DNA of 64,000 bases from Eledone cirrhosa (taxonomy: Eukaryota), in NCBI GenBank assembly GCA_964016885.1, contig OZ024742.1, positions 373,116,001 to 373,180,000 of the forward strand. Reading direction: 5' to 3'. The notes beneath the pieces were generated by a model, which worked only from the letters and a program-made list of their open reading frames with translations, ran no database searches and was not told the origin of the DNA. The position numbers and the translations under genes are program-made. Below are positions 14,901 to 29,500 of the stretch, in pieces (position 1 is the stretch's first letter; every line of letters starts with the position of its first letter).

Positions 14901-17500
14901 TATACTGTAAATCTCTTTCTAAATAAACTGTAAATATCATTCTATATAAACTGCAAATCACATGCTATAAACTGTAAATCTCATTCTATATAAACTGTAA
15001 ATCTCTTTCTATATAAACTCTGAATCTGATTCTATATAAACTGTAAATCTCATTCTCTATAAACTGTGAATCTCATTCTATATAAACTGTATATCTCATG
15101 CTATATGAACTGTAAATCTCATTCGATAAACTGTAAATCTGTTTTTATATAAACTGTAAATCTCATTCTATATAAACTGTAAATCTCTTTCTATATAAAC
15201 TGTAAATCTCATTCTATAAACTGTAAATCTCTTTCTATATAAACTGTAAATCTCATTCTATATAAACTGTAAATCTCATTCTATAAACTGTAAATCTCTT
15301 TCTATATAAACTGTAAATCTCATTCTACATAAACTGTAAATCTCTTTCTATATAAACTGTAAATCTCATTCTACATAAACTGTAAATCTCATTCTATATA
15401 AACTGTAAATCTCATTCTATATAAACTGTAAATCTCTTTCTAAATAAACTGTAAATCTCATTCTATATAGACTGTGAATCTCATTCTATATAAACTGTAA
15501 ATCTCACTCTATATAAACTGTAAATCTCATTCGATAAACTGTAAATCTCTTTTTATATAAACTGTAAATCTCATTCTATATAAACTGGAAATCTCTTTCT
15601 ATAAACTGTAAATCTCATTCTATATAAACTGTAAATCTCATTCTATAAACTGTAAATCTCATTCTATATAAACTGTAAATCTCTTTCTATATAAACTGTA
15701 AATCCCATTCTATAAACTGTAAATCTCTTTCTATATAACCTGTAAATCTCTTTCTATGTAAACTGTAAATCTCATGCTATAAACTGTAAATCTCATTCTA
15801 TATAAACTGTAAATCTCTTTCTATATAAACTGTAAATCTCATTCTACATAAACTGTAAATCTCTTTCTATATAAACTGTAAATCGCATTCTATATAAACT
15901 GTAAATCTCATTCTATATAAACTGTAAATCTCATTCTAAATATACTGTAAATCTCTTTCTAAATAAACTGTAAATATCATTCTATATAAACTGTAAATCT
16001 CATGCTATAAACTGTAAATCTCATTCTATATAAACTGTAAATCTCTTTCTATATAAACTCTGAATCTGATTCTATATAAACTGTAAATCTCATTCTCTAT
16101 AAACTGTGAATCTCATTCTATATAAACTGTATATCTCATTCTATATGAACTGTAAATCTCATTCGATAAACTGTAAATCTGTTTTTATATAAACTGTAAA
16201 TCTCATTCTATATAAACTGTAAATCTCTTTCTATATAAACTGTAAATCTCATTCTATATAAACTGTAAATCTCTTTCTATATAAACTGTAAATCTCATTC
16301 TATATAAAATGTAAATCCCATTCTATAAACTGTAAATCAGTTTCTATATAACCTGTAAATCTCTTTCTATATAAACTGTAAATCTCATGCTATAAACTGT
16401 AAATCTCATTCTCTATAAACTGTGAATCTCATTCTATATAAACTGTATATCTCATTCTATATAAACTGTAAATCTCATTCGATAAACTGTAAATCTCTTT
16501 TTATATAAACTGTAAATCTCTTTCTAAATAAACTGTAAATCTTATTCTATATGAACTGTGAATCTCATTCTATATAAACTGTAAATCTCATTCTATATAG
16601 ACTGTGAATCTCATTCTATATAAACTGTAAATCTCATGCTATAAACTGTAAATCTCTTTCTATATAAACTGTAAATCTCATTCTATATAAACTGTAAATC
16701 TCATTCTATAAACTGTAAATCTCCTTCTATATAAACTATAAATCTCATTCTATATAAACTGTAAATCTCTTTCTATATAAACTGTAAATCTCATTCTATA
16801 AACTGTAAATCTCTTTCTATATAAACTGTAAATTCCATTCTATATAAACTGTAAATCTCATTCTCTAAACTGTAAATCTATTTCTATATAAACTGTAAAT
16901 CTCATGCTATATAAACTGTAAATCTCTTTCTATATAAACTGTAAATCTCATTCTATATAAACTGTAAATCTCTTTCTATATAAACTGTAAATCCCATTCT
17001 ATAAACTGTAAATCTCTTTCTATATAACCTGTAAATCTCTTTCTATATAAACTGTAAATCTCATTCTATATAAACTGTAAATCTCATTCTATAAACTGTA
17101 AATCTCTTTCTATATAACCTGTAAATCTCTTTCTATATAAACTGTAAATCTCATGCTATGAACTGTAAATCTCATTCTATATAAACTGTAAATCTCTTTC
17201 TATATAAACTGTAAATCTCATTCTACATAAACTGTAAATCTCTTTCTATATAAACTGTAAATCTCATTCTATATAAACTGTAAATCTCATTCTATATAAA
17301 CTGTAAATCTCATTCTATATATACTGTAAATCTCTTTCTAAATAAACTATAAATATCATTCTATATAAACTGTAAATCTCATGCTATAAACTGTAAATCT
17401 CATTCTATATAAACTGTAAATCTCTTTCTATATAAACTCTGAATCTGATTCTATATAAACTGTAAATCTCATTCTCTATAAACTGTGAATCTCATTCTAT
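11960..17500. repeat. About 2.76-2.8 kb tandem duplication with internal rearrangement
   Basis: Offset 2758: AATTTCATT 11993/14751, ATCACATGC 12202/14960, AATCAGTTT 13581/16339. The offset shifts to 2806 at AAATTCC 14027/16833. Confidence 0.78.
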
Positions 17501-20500
17501 ATAAACTGTATATCTCATTCTATATGAACTGTAAATCTCATTCGATAAACTGTAAATCTGTTTTTATATAAACTGTAAATCTCATTCTATATAAACTGTA
17601 AATCTCTTTCTATATAAACTGTAAATCTCATTCTATAAACTGTAAATCTCTTTCTATATAAACTGTAAATCTCATTCTATATAAACTGTAAATCTCATTC
17701 TATAAACTGTAAATCTCTTTCTATATAAACTGTAAATCTCATTCTACATAAACTGTAAATCTCTTTCTATATAAACTGTAAATCTCATTCTACATAAACT
17801 GTAAATCTCATTCTATATAAACTGTAAATCTCATTCTATATAAACTGTAAATCTCACTCTATATAAACTGTAAATCTCATTCGATAAACTGTAAATCTCT
17901 TTTTATATAAACTGTAAATCTCATTCTATGTAAACTGTAAATCTCATTCTATAAACTGTAAATCTCTTTCTATATAAACTGTAAATCTCATTCTATATAA
18001 ACTGTAAATCTCATTCTATATAAACTGTAAATCTCATTCTATATAAACTGTAAATCTCATTCTATAAACTGTAAATCTCATTCTATATGAACTGTAAATC
18101 TCATTCTATAAATTGTAAAGCTCTTTCTATATACACTGTTAATCTCATTCTACATAAATTGTAAATCTCATTCTATATAAACTGTAAATCTCATTCTATA
18201 AACTGTAAATCTCTTTCTATATAAACTGTAAATCTCATTCTATATAAACTGTAAATCTCATTCTATATAAACTGTAAATCTCATTCTATATAAACTGTAA
18301 ATCTCATTCTATAAACTGTAAATCTCTTTCTATATACACTGTTAATCTCATTCTATATAAACTGTCAATCTCATTCTATATAAACTGTAAATCTCATTCT
18401 ATATAAACTGTAAATCTCTTTCTATATAAACTGTAAATCTCATTCTATATAAACTGTAAATCTCATTCTATAAACTGTAAATCTCATTCTATATAAACTA
18501 TAAATCTCATTCTATAAACTGTAAATCTCATTCTATATAAACTGTAAATCTCATTCTATAAACTGTAAATCTCTTTCTATATACACTGTTAATCTCATTC
18601 TATATAAACTGTCAATCTCATTCTATATAAACTGTAAATCTAATTCTATATAAACTGTAAACCTCATTCTATATAAACTGTAAATCTCTTTCTATATAAA
18701 CTGTAAATCTCATTCTATATAAAATGTAAATCCCATTCTATAAACTGTAAATCTCTTTCTATATAACCTGTAAATCTCTTTCTATATAAACTGTAAATCT
18801 CATTCTATAAACTGTAAATCTCATTCTATATAAACTGTAAATCTCTTTCTATATAAACTGTAAATCTGATTCAATATAAACTGTGAATCTCATTCTATAT
18901 AAACTGTGAATCTCATTCTATATAAACTGTATATCTCATTCTATATAAACTGTAAATCTCATTCGATAAACTGTAAATCTCTTTTTATATAAACTGTAAA
19001 TCTCATTCTATATAAACTGTAAATCTCATTCTATAAACTGTAAATCTCATTCTATATAAACTATAAATCTCATTCTATAAACTGTAAATCTCATTCTATA
19101 TAAACTGTAAATCTCATTCTATAAACTGTAAATCTCTTTCTATATACACTGTTAATCTCATTCTATATAAACCGTCAATCTCATTCTATATAAACTGTAA
19201 ATCTAATTCTATATAAACTGTAAACCTCATTCTATATAAACTGTAAATCTCTTTCTATATAAACTGTAAATCTCATTCTATATAAAATGTAAATCCCATT
19301 CTATAAACTGTAAATCTCTTTCTATATAACCTGTAAATCTCTTTCTATATAAACTGTAAATCTCATTCTACATAAACTGTAAATCTCTTTCTATATAAAC
19401 TGTAAATCTCATTCTACATAAACTGTAAATCTCATTCTATATAAACTGTAAATCTCATTCTATATAAACTGTAAATCTCTTTCTAAATAAACTGTAAATC
19501 TCATTCTATATAGACTGTGAATCTCATTCTATATAAACTGTAAATCTCACTCTATATAAACTGTAAATCTCATTCGATAAACTGTAAATCTCTTTTTATA
19601 TAAACTGTAAATCTCATTCTATATAAACTGGAAATCTCTTTCTATAAACTGTAAATCTCATTCTATATAAACTGTAAATCTCATTCTATAAACTGTAAAT
19701 CTCATTCTATATAAACTATAAATCTCATTCTATAAACTGTAAATCTCATTCTATATAAACTGTAAATCTCATTCTATAAACTGTAAATCTCTTTCTATAT
19801 ACACTGTTAATCTCATTCTATATAAACTGTCAATCTCATTCTATATAAACTGTAAATCTAATTCTATATAAACTGTAAACCTCATTCTATATAAACTGTA
19901 AATCTCATTCTATATAAACTGTGAATCTCATTCTATATAAACTGTATATCTCATTCTATATAAACTGTAAATCTCATTAGATAAACTGTAAATCTCTTTT
20001 TATATAAACTGTAAATCTCATTCTGTATAAACTGGAAATCTCTTTCTATAAACTGTAAATCTCATTCTATAAACTGTAAATCTCTTTCTATATAAACTGT
20101 AAATCTCATTCTATATAAACTGTAAATCTCATTCTATAAACTGTAAATCTCCTTCTATATAAACTGTAAATCTCATTCTATATAAACTGTAAATCTCTTT
20201 CTATATAAACTGTAAATCTCATTCTATAAACTGTAAATCTCTTTCTATATAAACTGTAAATCTCATTCTATATAAACTGTAAATCTCATTCTATAAACTA
20301 TAAATCTCTTTCTATATAAACTATAAATCTCATTCTACATAAACTGTAAATCTCATTCTATATAAACTGTAAATCTCATTCTATATAAACTGTAAATCTC
20401 TTTCTAAATAAACTGTAACTCTTATTCTATATGAACTGTGAATCTCATTCTATATAAACTGTAAATCTCACTCTATATAAACTGTAAATCTCATTCGATA

Positions 20501-23500
20501 AACTGTAAATCTCATTCTATATAAACTGTAAATCTCTTTCTATATAAACTCTGAATCTGATTCTATATAAACTGTAAATCTCATTCTCTATAAACTGTGA
20601 ATCTCATTCTATATAAACTGTATATCTCATTCTATATGAACTGTAAATCTCATTCGATAAACTGTAAATCTGTTTTTATATAAACTGTAAATCTCATTCT
20701 ATATAAACTGTAAATCTCTTTCTATATAAACTGTAAATCTCATTCTATAAACTGTAAATCTCTTTCTATATAAACTGTAAATCTCATTCTATATAAACTG
20801 TAAATCTCATTCTATAAACTGTAAATCTCTTTCTATATAAACTGTAAATCTCATTCTCTATAAACTGTGAATCTCATTCTATATAAACTGTATATCTCAT
20901 GCTATATGAACTGTAAATCTCATTCGATAAACTGTAAATCTGTTTTTATATAAACTGTCAATCTCATTCTATATAAACTGTAAATCTCTTTCTATATAAA
21001 CTGTAAATCTCATTCTATAAACTGTAAATCTCTTTCTATATAAACTGTAAATCTCATTCTATATAAACTGTAAATCTCATTCTATAAACTGTAAATCTCT
21101 TTCTATATAAACTGTAAATCTCATTCTACATAAACTGTAAATCTCTTTCTATATAAACTGTAAATCTCATTCTACATAAACTGTAAATCTCATTCTATAT
21201 AAACTGTAAATCTCATTCTATATAAACTGTAAATCTCTTTCTAAATAAACTGTAAATCTCATTCTATATAGACTGTGAATCTCATTCTATATAAACTGTA
21301 AATCTCACTCTATATAAACTGTAAATCTCATTCGATAAACTGTAAATCTCTTTTTATATAAACTGTAAATCTCATTCTATATAAACTGGAAATCTCTTTC
21401 TATAAACTGTAAATCTCATTCTATATAAACTGTAAATCTCATTCTATAAACTGTAAATCTCATTCTATATAAACTGTAAATCTCTTTCTATATAAACTGT
21501 AAATCCCATTCTATAAACTGTAAATCTCTTTCTATATAACCTGTAAATCTCTTTCTATATAAACTGTAAATCTCATGCTATAAACTGTAAATCTCATTCT
21601 ATATAAACTGTAAATCTCTTTCTATATAAACTGTAAATCTCATTCTACATAAACTGTAAATCTCTTTCTATATAAACTGTAAATCGCATTCTATATAAAC
21701 TGTAAATCTCATTCTATATAAACTGTAAATCTCATTCTAAATATACTGTAAATCTCTTTCTAAATAAACTGTAAATATCATTCTATATAAACTGTAAATC
21801 TCATGCTATAAACTGTAAATCTCATTCTATATAAACTGTAAATCTCTTTCTATATAAACTCTGAATCTGATTCTATATAAACTGTAAATCTCATTCTCTA
21901 TAAACTGTGAATCTCATTCTATATAAACTGTATATCTCATTCTATATGAACTGTAAATCTCATTCGATAAACTGTAAATCTGTTTTTATATAAACTGTAA
22001 ATCTCATTCTATATAAACTGTAAATCTCTTTCTATATAAACTGTAAATCTCATTCTATATAAACTGTAAATCTCTTTCTATATAAACTGTAAATCTCATT
22101 CTATATAAAATGTAAATCCCATTCTATAAACTGTAAATCAGTTTCTATATAACCTGTAAATCTCTTTCTATATAAACTGTAAATCTCATGCTATAAACTG
22201 TAAATCTCATTCTCTATAAACTGTGAATCTCATTCTATATAGACTGTATATCTCATTCTATATAAACTGTAAATCTCATTCGATAAACTGTAAATCTCTT
22301 GTTATATAAACTGTAAATCTCATTCTATATGAACTGGAAATCTCTTTCTATAAACTGTAAATCTCATTCTATGAACTGTAAATCTCTTTCTATATAAACT
22401 GTAAATCTCATTCTATATAAACTGTAAATCTCATTCTATAAACTGTAAATCTCCTTCTATATAAACTATAAATCTCATTCTATATAAACTGTAAATCTCT
22501 TTCTATATAAACTGTAAATCTCATTCTATAAACTGTAAATCTCTTTCTATATAAACTGTAAATTCCATTCTATATAAACTGTAAATCTCATTCTCTAAAC
22601 TGTAAATCTATTTCTATATAAACTGTAAATCTCATGCTATATAAACTGTAAATCTCTTTCTATATAAACTGTAAATCTCATTCTATATAAACTGTAAATC
22701 TCTTTCTATATAAACTGTAAATCCCATTCTATAAACTGTAAATCTCTTTCTATATAACCTGTAAATCTCTTTCTATATAAACTGTAAATCTCATGCTATG
22801 AACTGTAAATCTCATTCTATATAAACTGTAAATCTCTTTCTATATAAACTGTAAATCTCATTCTACATAAACTGTAAATCTCTTTCTATATAAACTGTAA
22901 ATCTCATTCTATATAAACTGTAAATCTCATTCTATATAAACTGTAAATCTCATTCTAAATATACTGTAAATCTCTTTCTAAATAAACTATAAATATCATT
23001 CTATATAAACTGTAAATCTCATGCTATAAACTGTAAATCTCATTCTATATAAACTGTAAATCTCTTTCTATATAAACTCTGAATCTGATTCTATATAAAC
23101 TGTAAATCTCATTCTCTATAAACTGTGAATCTCTTTCTATATAAACTGTAAATCCCATTCTATAAACTGTAAATCTCTTTCTATATAAACTGTAAATCTC
23201 ATTCTATATAAACTGTAAATCTCTTTCTATATAAACTGTAAATCCCATTCTATAAACTGTAAATCTCTTTCTATATAACCTGTAAATCTCTTTCTATATA
23301 AACTGTAAATCTCATGCTATGAACTGTAAATCTCATTCTATATAAACTGTAAATCTCTTTCTATATAAACTGTAAATCTCATTCTACATAAACTGTAAAT
23401 CTCTTTCTATATAAACTGTAAATCTCATTCTATATAAACTGTAAATCTCATTCTATATAAACTGTAAATCTCATTCTAAATATACTGTAAATCTCTTTCT

Positions 23501-26500
23501 AAATAAACTATAAATATCATTCTATATAAACTGTAAATCTCATGCTATAAACTGTAAATCTCATTCTATATAAACTGTAAATCTCTTTCTATATAAACTC
23601 TGAATCTGATTCTATATAAACTGTAAATCTCATTCTCTATAAACTGTGAATCTCATTCTATATAAACTGTATATCTCATTCTATATGAACTGTAAATCTC
23701 ATTCGATAAACTGTAAATCTGTTTTTATATAAACTGTAAATCTCATTCTATATAAACTGTAAATCTCTTTCTATATAAACTGTAAATCTCATTCTATAAA
23801 CTGTAAATCTCTTTCTATATAAACTGTAAATCTCATTCTATATAAACTGTAAATCTCATTCTATAAACTGTAAATCTCTTTCTATATAAACTGTAAATCT
23901 CATTCTACATAAACTGTAAATCTCTTTCTATATAAACTGTAAATCTCATTCTACATAAACTGTAAATCTCATTCTATATAAACTGTAAATCTCATTCTAT
24001 ATAAACTGTAAATCTCTTTCTAAATAAACTGTAAATCTCATTCTATATAGACTGTGAATCTCATTCTATATAAACTGTAAATCTCACTCTATATAAACTG
24101 TAAATCTCATTCGATAAACTGTAAATCTCTTTTTATATAAACTGTAAATCTCATTCTATGTAAACTGTAAATCTCATTCTATAAACTGTAAATCTCTTTC
24201 TATATAAACTGTAAATCTCATTCTATATAAACTGTAAATCTCATTCTATATAAACTGTAAATCTCATTCTATATAAACTGTAAATCTCATTCTATAAACT
24301 GTAAATCTCATTCTATATGAACTGTAAATCTCATTCTATAAATTGTAAAGCTCTTTCTATATACACTGTTAATCTCATTCTACATAAATTGTAAATCTCA
24401 TTCTATATAAACTGTAAATCTCATTCTATAAACTGTAAATCTCTTTCTATATAAACTGTAAATCTCATTCTATATAAACTGTAAATCTCATTCTATATAA
24501 ACTGTAAATCTCATTCTATATAAACTGTAAATCTCATTCTATAAACTGTAAATCTCTTTCTATATACACTGTTAATCTCATTCTATATAAACTGTCAATC
24601 TCATTCTATATAAACTGTAAATCTCATTCTATATAAACTGTAAATCTCTTTCTATATAAACTGTAAATCTCATTCTATATAAACTGTAAATCTCATTCTA
24701 TAAACTGTAAATCTCATTCTATATAAACTATAAATCTCATTCTATAAACTGTAAATCTCATTCTATATAAACTGTAAATCTCATTCTATAAACTGTAAAT
24801 CTCTTTCTATATACACTGTTAATCTCATTCTATATAAACTGTCAATCTCATTCTATATAAACTGTAAATCTAATTCTATATAAACTGTAAACCTCATTCT
24901 ATATAAACTGTAAATCTCTTTCTATATAAACTGTAAATCTCATTCTATATAAAATGTAAATCCCATTCTATAAACTGTAAATCTCTTTCTATATAACCTG
25001 TAAATCTCTTTCTATATAAACTGTAAATCTCATTCTATAAACTGTAAATCTCATTCTATATAAACTGTAAATCTCTTTCTATATAAACTTTAAATCTGAT
25101 TCAATATAAACTGTAAATCTCATTCTATATAAACTGTGAATCTCATTCTATATAAACTGTATATCTCATTCTATATAAACTGTAAATCTCATTCGATAAA
25201 CTGTAAATCTCTTTTTATATAAACTGTAAATCTCATTCTATATAAACTGTAAATCTCATTCTATAAACTGTAAATCTCATTCTATATAAACTATAAATCT
25301 CATTCTATAAACTGTAAATCTCATTCTATATAAACTGTAAATCTCATTCTATAAACTGTAAATCTCTTTCTATATACACTGTTAATCTCATTCTATATAA
25401 ACCGTCAATCTCATTCTATATAAACTGTAAATCTAATTCTATATAAACTGTAAACCTCATTCTATATAAACTGTAAATCTCTTTCTATATAAACTGTAAA
25501 TCTCATTCTATATAAAATGTAAATCCCATTCTATAAACTGTAAATCTCTTTCTATATAACCTGTAAATCTCTTTCTATATAAACTGTAAATCTCATTCTA
25601 CATAAACTGTAAATCTCTTTCTATATAAACTGTAAATCTCATTCTACATAAACTGTAAATCTCATTCTATATAAACTGTAAATCTCATTCTATATAAACT
25701 GTAAATCTCTTTCTAAATAAACTGTAAATCTCATTCTATATAGACTGTGAATCTCATTCTATATAAACTGTAAATCTCACTCTATATAAACTGTAAATCT
25801 CATTCGATAAACTGTAAATCTCTTTTTATATAAACTGTAAATCTCATTCTATATAAACTGGAAATCTCTTTCTATAAACTGTAAATCTCATTCTATATAA
25901 ACTGTAAATCTCATTCTATAAACTGTAAATCTCATTCTATATAAACTATAAATCTCATTCTATAAACTGTAAATCTCATTCTATATAAACTGTAAATCTC
26001 ATTCTATAAACTGTAAATCTCTTTCTATATACACTGTTAATCTCATTCTATATAAACTGTCAATCTCATTCTATATAAACTGTAAATCTAATTCTATATA
26101 AACTGTAAACCTCATTCTATATAAACTGTAAATCTCATTCTATATAAACTGTGAATCTCATTCTATATAAACTGTATATCTCATTCTATATAAACTGTAA
26201 ATCTCATTAGATAAACTGTAAATCTCTTTTTATATAAACTGTAAATCTCATTCTGTATAAACTGGAAATCTCTTTCTATAAACTGTAAATCTCATTCTAT
26301 AAACTGTAAATCTCTTTCTATATAAACTGTAAATCTCATTCTATATAAACTGTAAATCTCATTCTATAAACTGTAAATCTCCTTCTATATAAACTGTAAA
26401 TCTCATTCTATATAAACTGTAAATCTCTTTCTATATAAACTGTAAATCTCATTCTATAAACTGTAAATCTCTTTCTATATAAACTGTAAATCTCATTCTA

Positions 26501-29500
26501 TATAAACTGTAAATCTCATTCTATAAACTATAAATCTCTTTCTATATAAACTATAAATCTCATTCTACATAAACTGTAAATCTCATTCTATATAAACTGT
26601 AAATCTCATTCTATATAAACTGTAAATCTCTTTCTAAATAAACTGTAACTCTTATTCTATATGAACTGTGAATCTCATTCTATATAAACTGTAAATCTCA
26701 CTCTATATAAACTGTAAATCTCATTCGATAAACTGTAAATCTCATTCTATATAAACTGTAAATCTCTTTCTATATAAACTCTGAATCTGATTCTATATAA
26801 ACTGTAAATCTCATTCTCTATAAACTGTGAATCTCATTCTATATAAACTGTATATCTCATTCTATATGAACTGTAAATCTCATTCGATAAACTGTAAATC
26901 TGTTTTTATATAAACTGTAAATCTCATTCTATATAAACTGTAAATCTCTTTCTATATAAACTGTAAATCTCATTCTATAAACTGTAAATCTCTTTCTATA
27001 TAAACTGTAAATCTCATTCTATATAAACTGTAAATCTCATTCTATAAACTGTAAATCTCTTTCTATATAAACTGTAAATCTCATTCTACATAAACTGTAA
27101 ATCTCTTTCTATATAAACTGTAAATCTCATTCTACATAAACTGTAAATCTCATTCTATATAAACTGTAAATCTCATTCTATATAAACTGTAAATCTCTTT
27201 CTAAATAAACTGTAAATCTCATTCTATATAGACTGTGAATCTCATTCTATATAAACTGTAAATCTCACTCTATATAAACTGTAAATCTCATTCGATAAAC
27301 TGTAAATCTCTTTTTATATAAACTGTAAATCTCATTCTATATAAACTGGAAATCTCTTTCTATAAACTGTAAATCACATTCTATATAAACTGTAAATCTC
27401 ATTCTATAAACTGTAAATCTCATTCTATATAAACTGTAAATCTCTTTCTATATAAACTGTAAATCCCATTCTATAAACTGTAAATCTCTTTCTATATAAC
27501 CTGTAAATCTCTTTCTATATAAACTGTAAATCTCATGCTATAAACTGTAAATCTCATTCTATATAAACTGTAAATCTCTTTCTATATAAACTGTAAATCT
27601 CATTCTACATAAACTGTAAATCTCTTTCTATATAAACTGTAAATCTCATTCTATATAAACTGTAAATCTCATTCTATATAAACTGTAAATCTCATTCTAA
27701 ATATACTGTAAATCTCTTTCTAAATAAACTGTAAATATCATTCTATATAAACTGTAAATCTCATGCTATAAACTGTAAATCTCATTCTATATAAACTGTA
27801 AATCTCTTTCTATATAAACTCTGAATCTGATTCTATATAAACTGTAAATCTCATTCTCTATAAACTGCGAATCTCATTCTATATAAACTGTATATCTCAT
27901 TCTATATGAACTGTAAATCTCATTCGATAAACTGTAAATCTGTTTTTATATAAACTGTAAATCTCATTCTATATAAACTGTAAATCTCTTTCTATATAAA
28001 CTGTAAATCTCATTCTATATAAACTGTAAATCTCTTTCTATATAAACTGTAAATCTCATTCTATATAAAATGTAAATCCCATTCTATAAACTGTAAATCA
28101 GTTTCTATATAACCTGTAAATCTCTTTCTATATAAACTGTAAATCTCATGCTATAAACTGTAAATCTCATTCTATATAAACTGTAAATCTCTTTCTATAT
28201 AAACTGTAAATCTGATTCTATATAAACTGTAAATCTCATTCTATATAAACTATGAATCTCATTCTATATAAACTGTATATCTCATTCTATATAAACTGTA
28301 AATCTCATTCGATAAACTGTAAATCTCTTTTTATATAAACTGTAAATCTCATTCTATATGAACTGGAAATCTCTTTCTATAAACTGTAAATCTCATTCTA
28401 TGAACTGTAAATCTCTTTCTATATAAACTGTAAATCTCATTCTATATAAACTGTAAATCTCATTCTATAAACTGTAAATCTCCTTCTATATAAACTATAA
28501 ATCTCATTCTATATAAACTGTAAATCTCTTTCTATATAAACTGTAAATCTCATTCTATAAACTGTAAATCTCTTTCTATATAAACTGTAAATTCCATTCT
28601 ATATAAACTGTAAATCTCATTCTCTAAACTGTAAATCTATTTCTATATAAACTGTAAATCTCATGCTATATAAACTGTAAATCTCTTTCTATATAAACTG
28701 TAAATCTCATTCTATATAAACTGTAAATCTCTTTCTATATAAACTGTAAATCCCATTCTATAAACTGTAAATCTCTTTCTATATAACCTGTAAATCTCTT
28801 TCTATATAAACTGTAAATCTCATGCTATGAACTGTAAATCTCATTCTATATAAACTGTAAATCTCTTTCTATATAAACTGTAAATCTCATTCTACATAAA
28901 CTGTAAATCTCTTTCTATATAAACTGTAAATCTCATTCTATATAAACTGTAAATCTCATTCTATATAAACTGTAAATCTCATTCTAAATATACTGTAAAT
29001 CTCTTTCTAAATAAACTATAAATATCATTCTATATAAACTGTAAATCTCATGCTATAAACTGTAAATCTCATTCTATATAAACTGTAAATCTCTTTCTAT
29101 ATAAACTCTGAATCTGATTCTATATAAACTGTAAATCTCATTCTCTATAAACTGTGAATCTCTTTCTATATAAACTGTAAATCCCATTCTATAAACTGTA
29201 AATCTCTTTCTATATAAACTGTAAATCTCATTCTATATAAACTGTAAATCTCTTTCTATATAAACTGTAAATCCCATTCTATAAACTGTAAATCTCTTTC
29301 TATATAACCTGTAAATCTCTTTCTATATAAACTGTAAATCTCATGCTATGAACTGTAAATCTCATTCTATATAAACTGTAAATCTCTTTCTATATAAACT
29401 GTAAATCTCATTCTACATAAACTGTAAATCTCTTTCTATATAAACTGTAAATCTCATTCTATATAAACTGTAAATCTCATTCTATATAAACTGTAAATCT

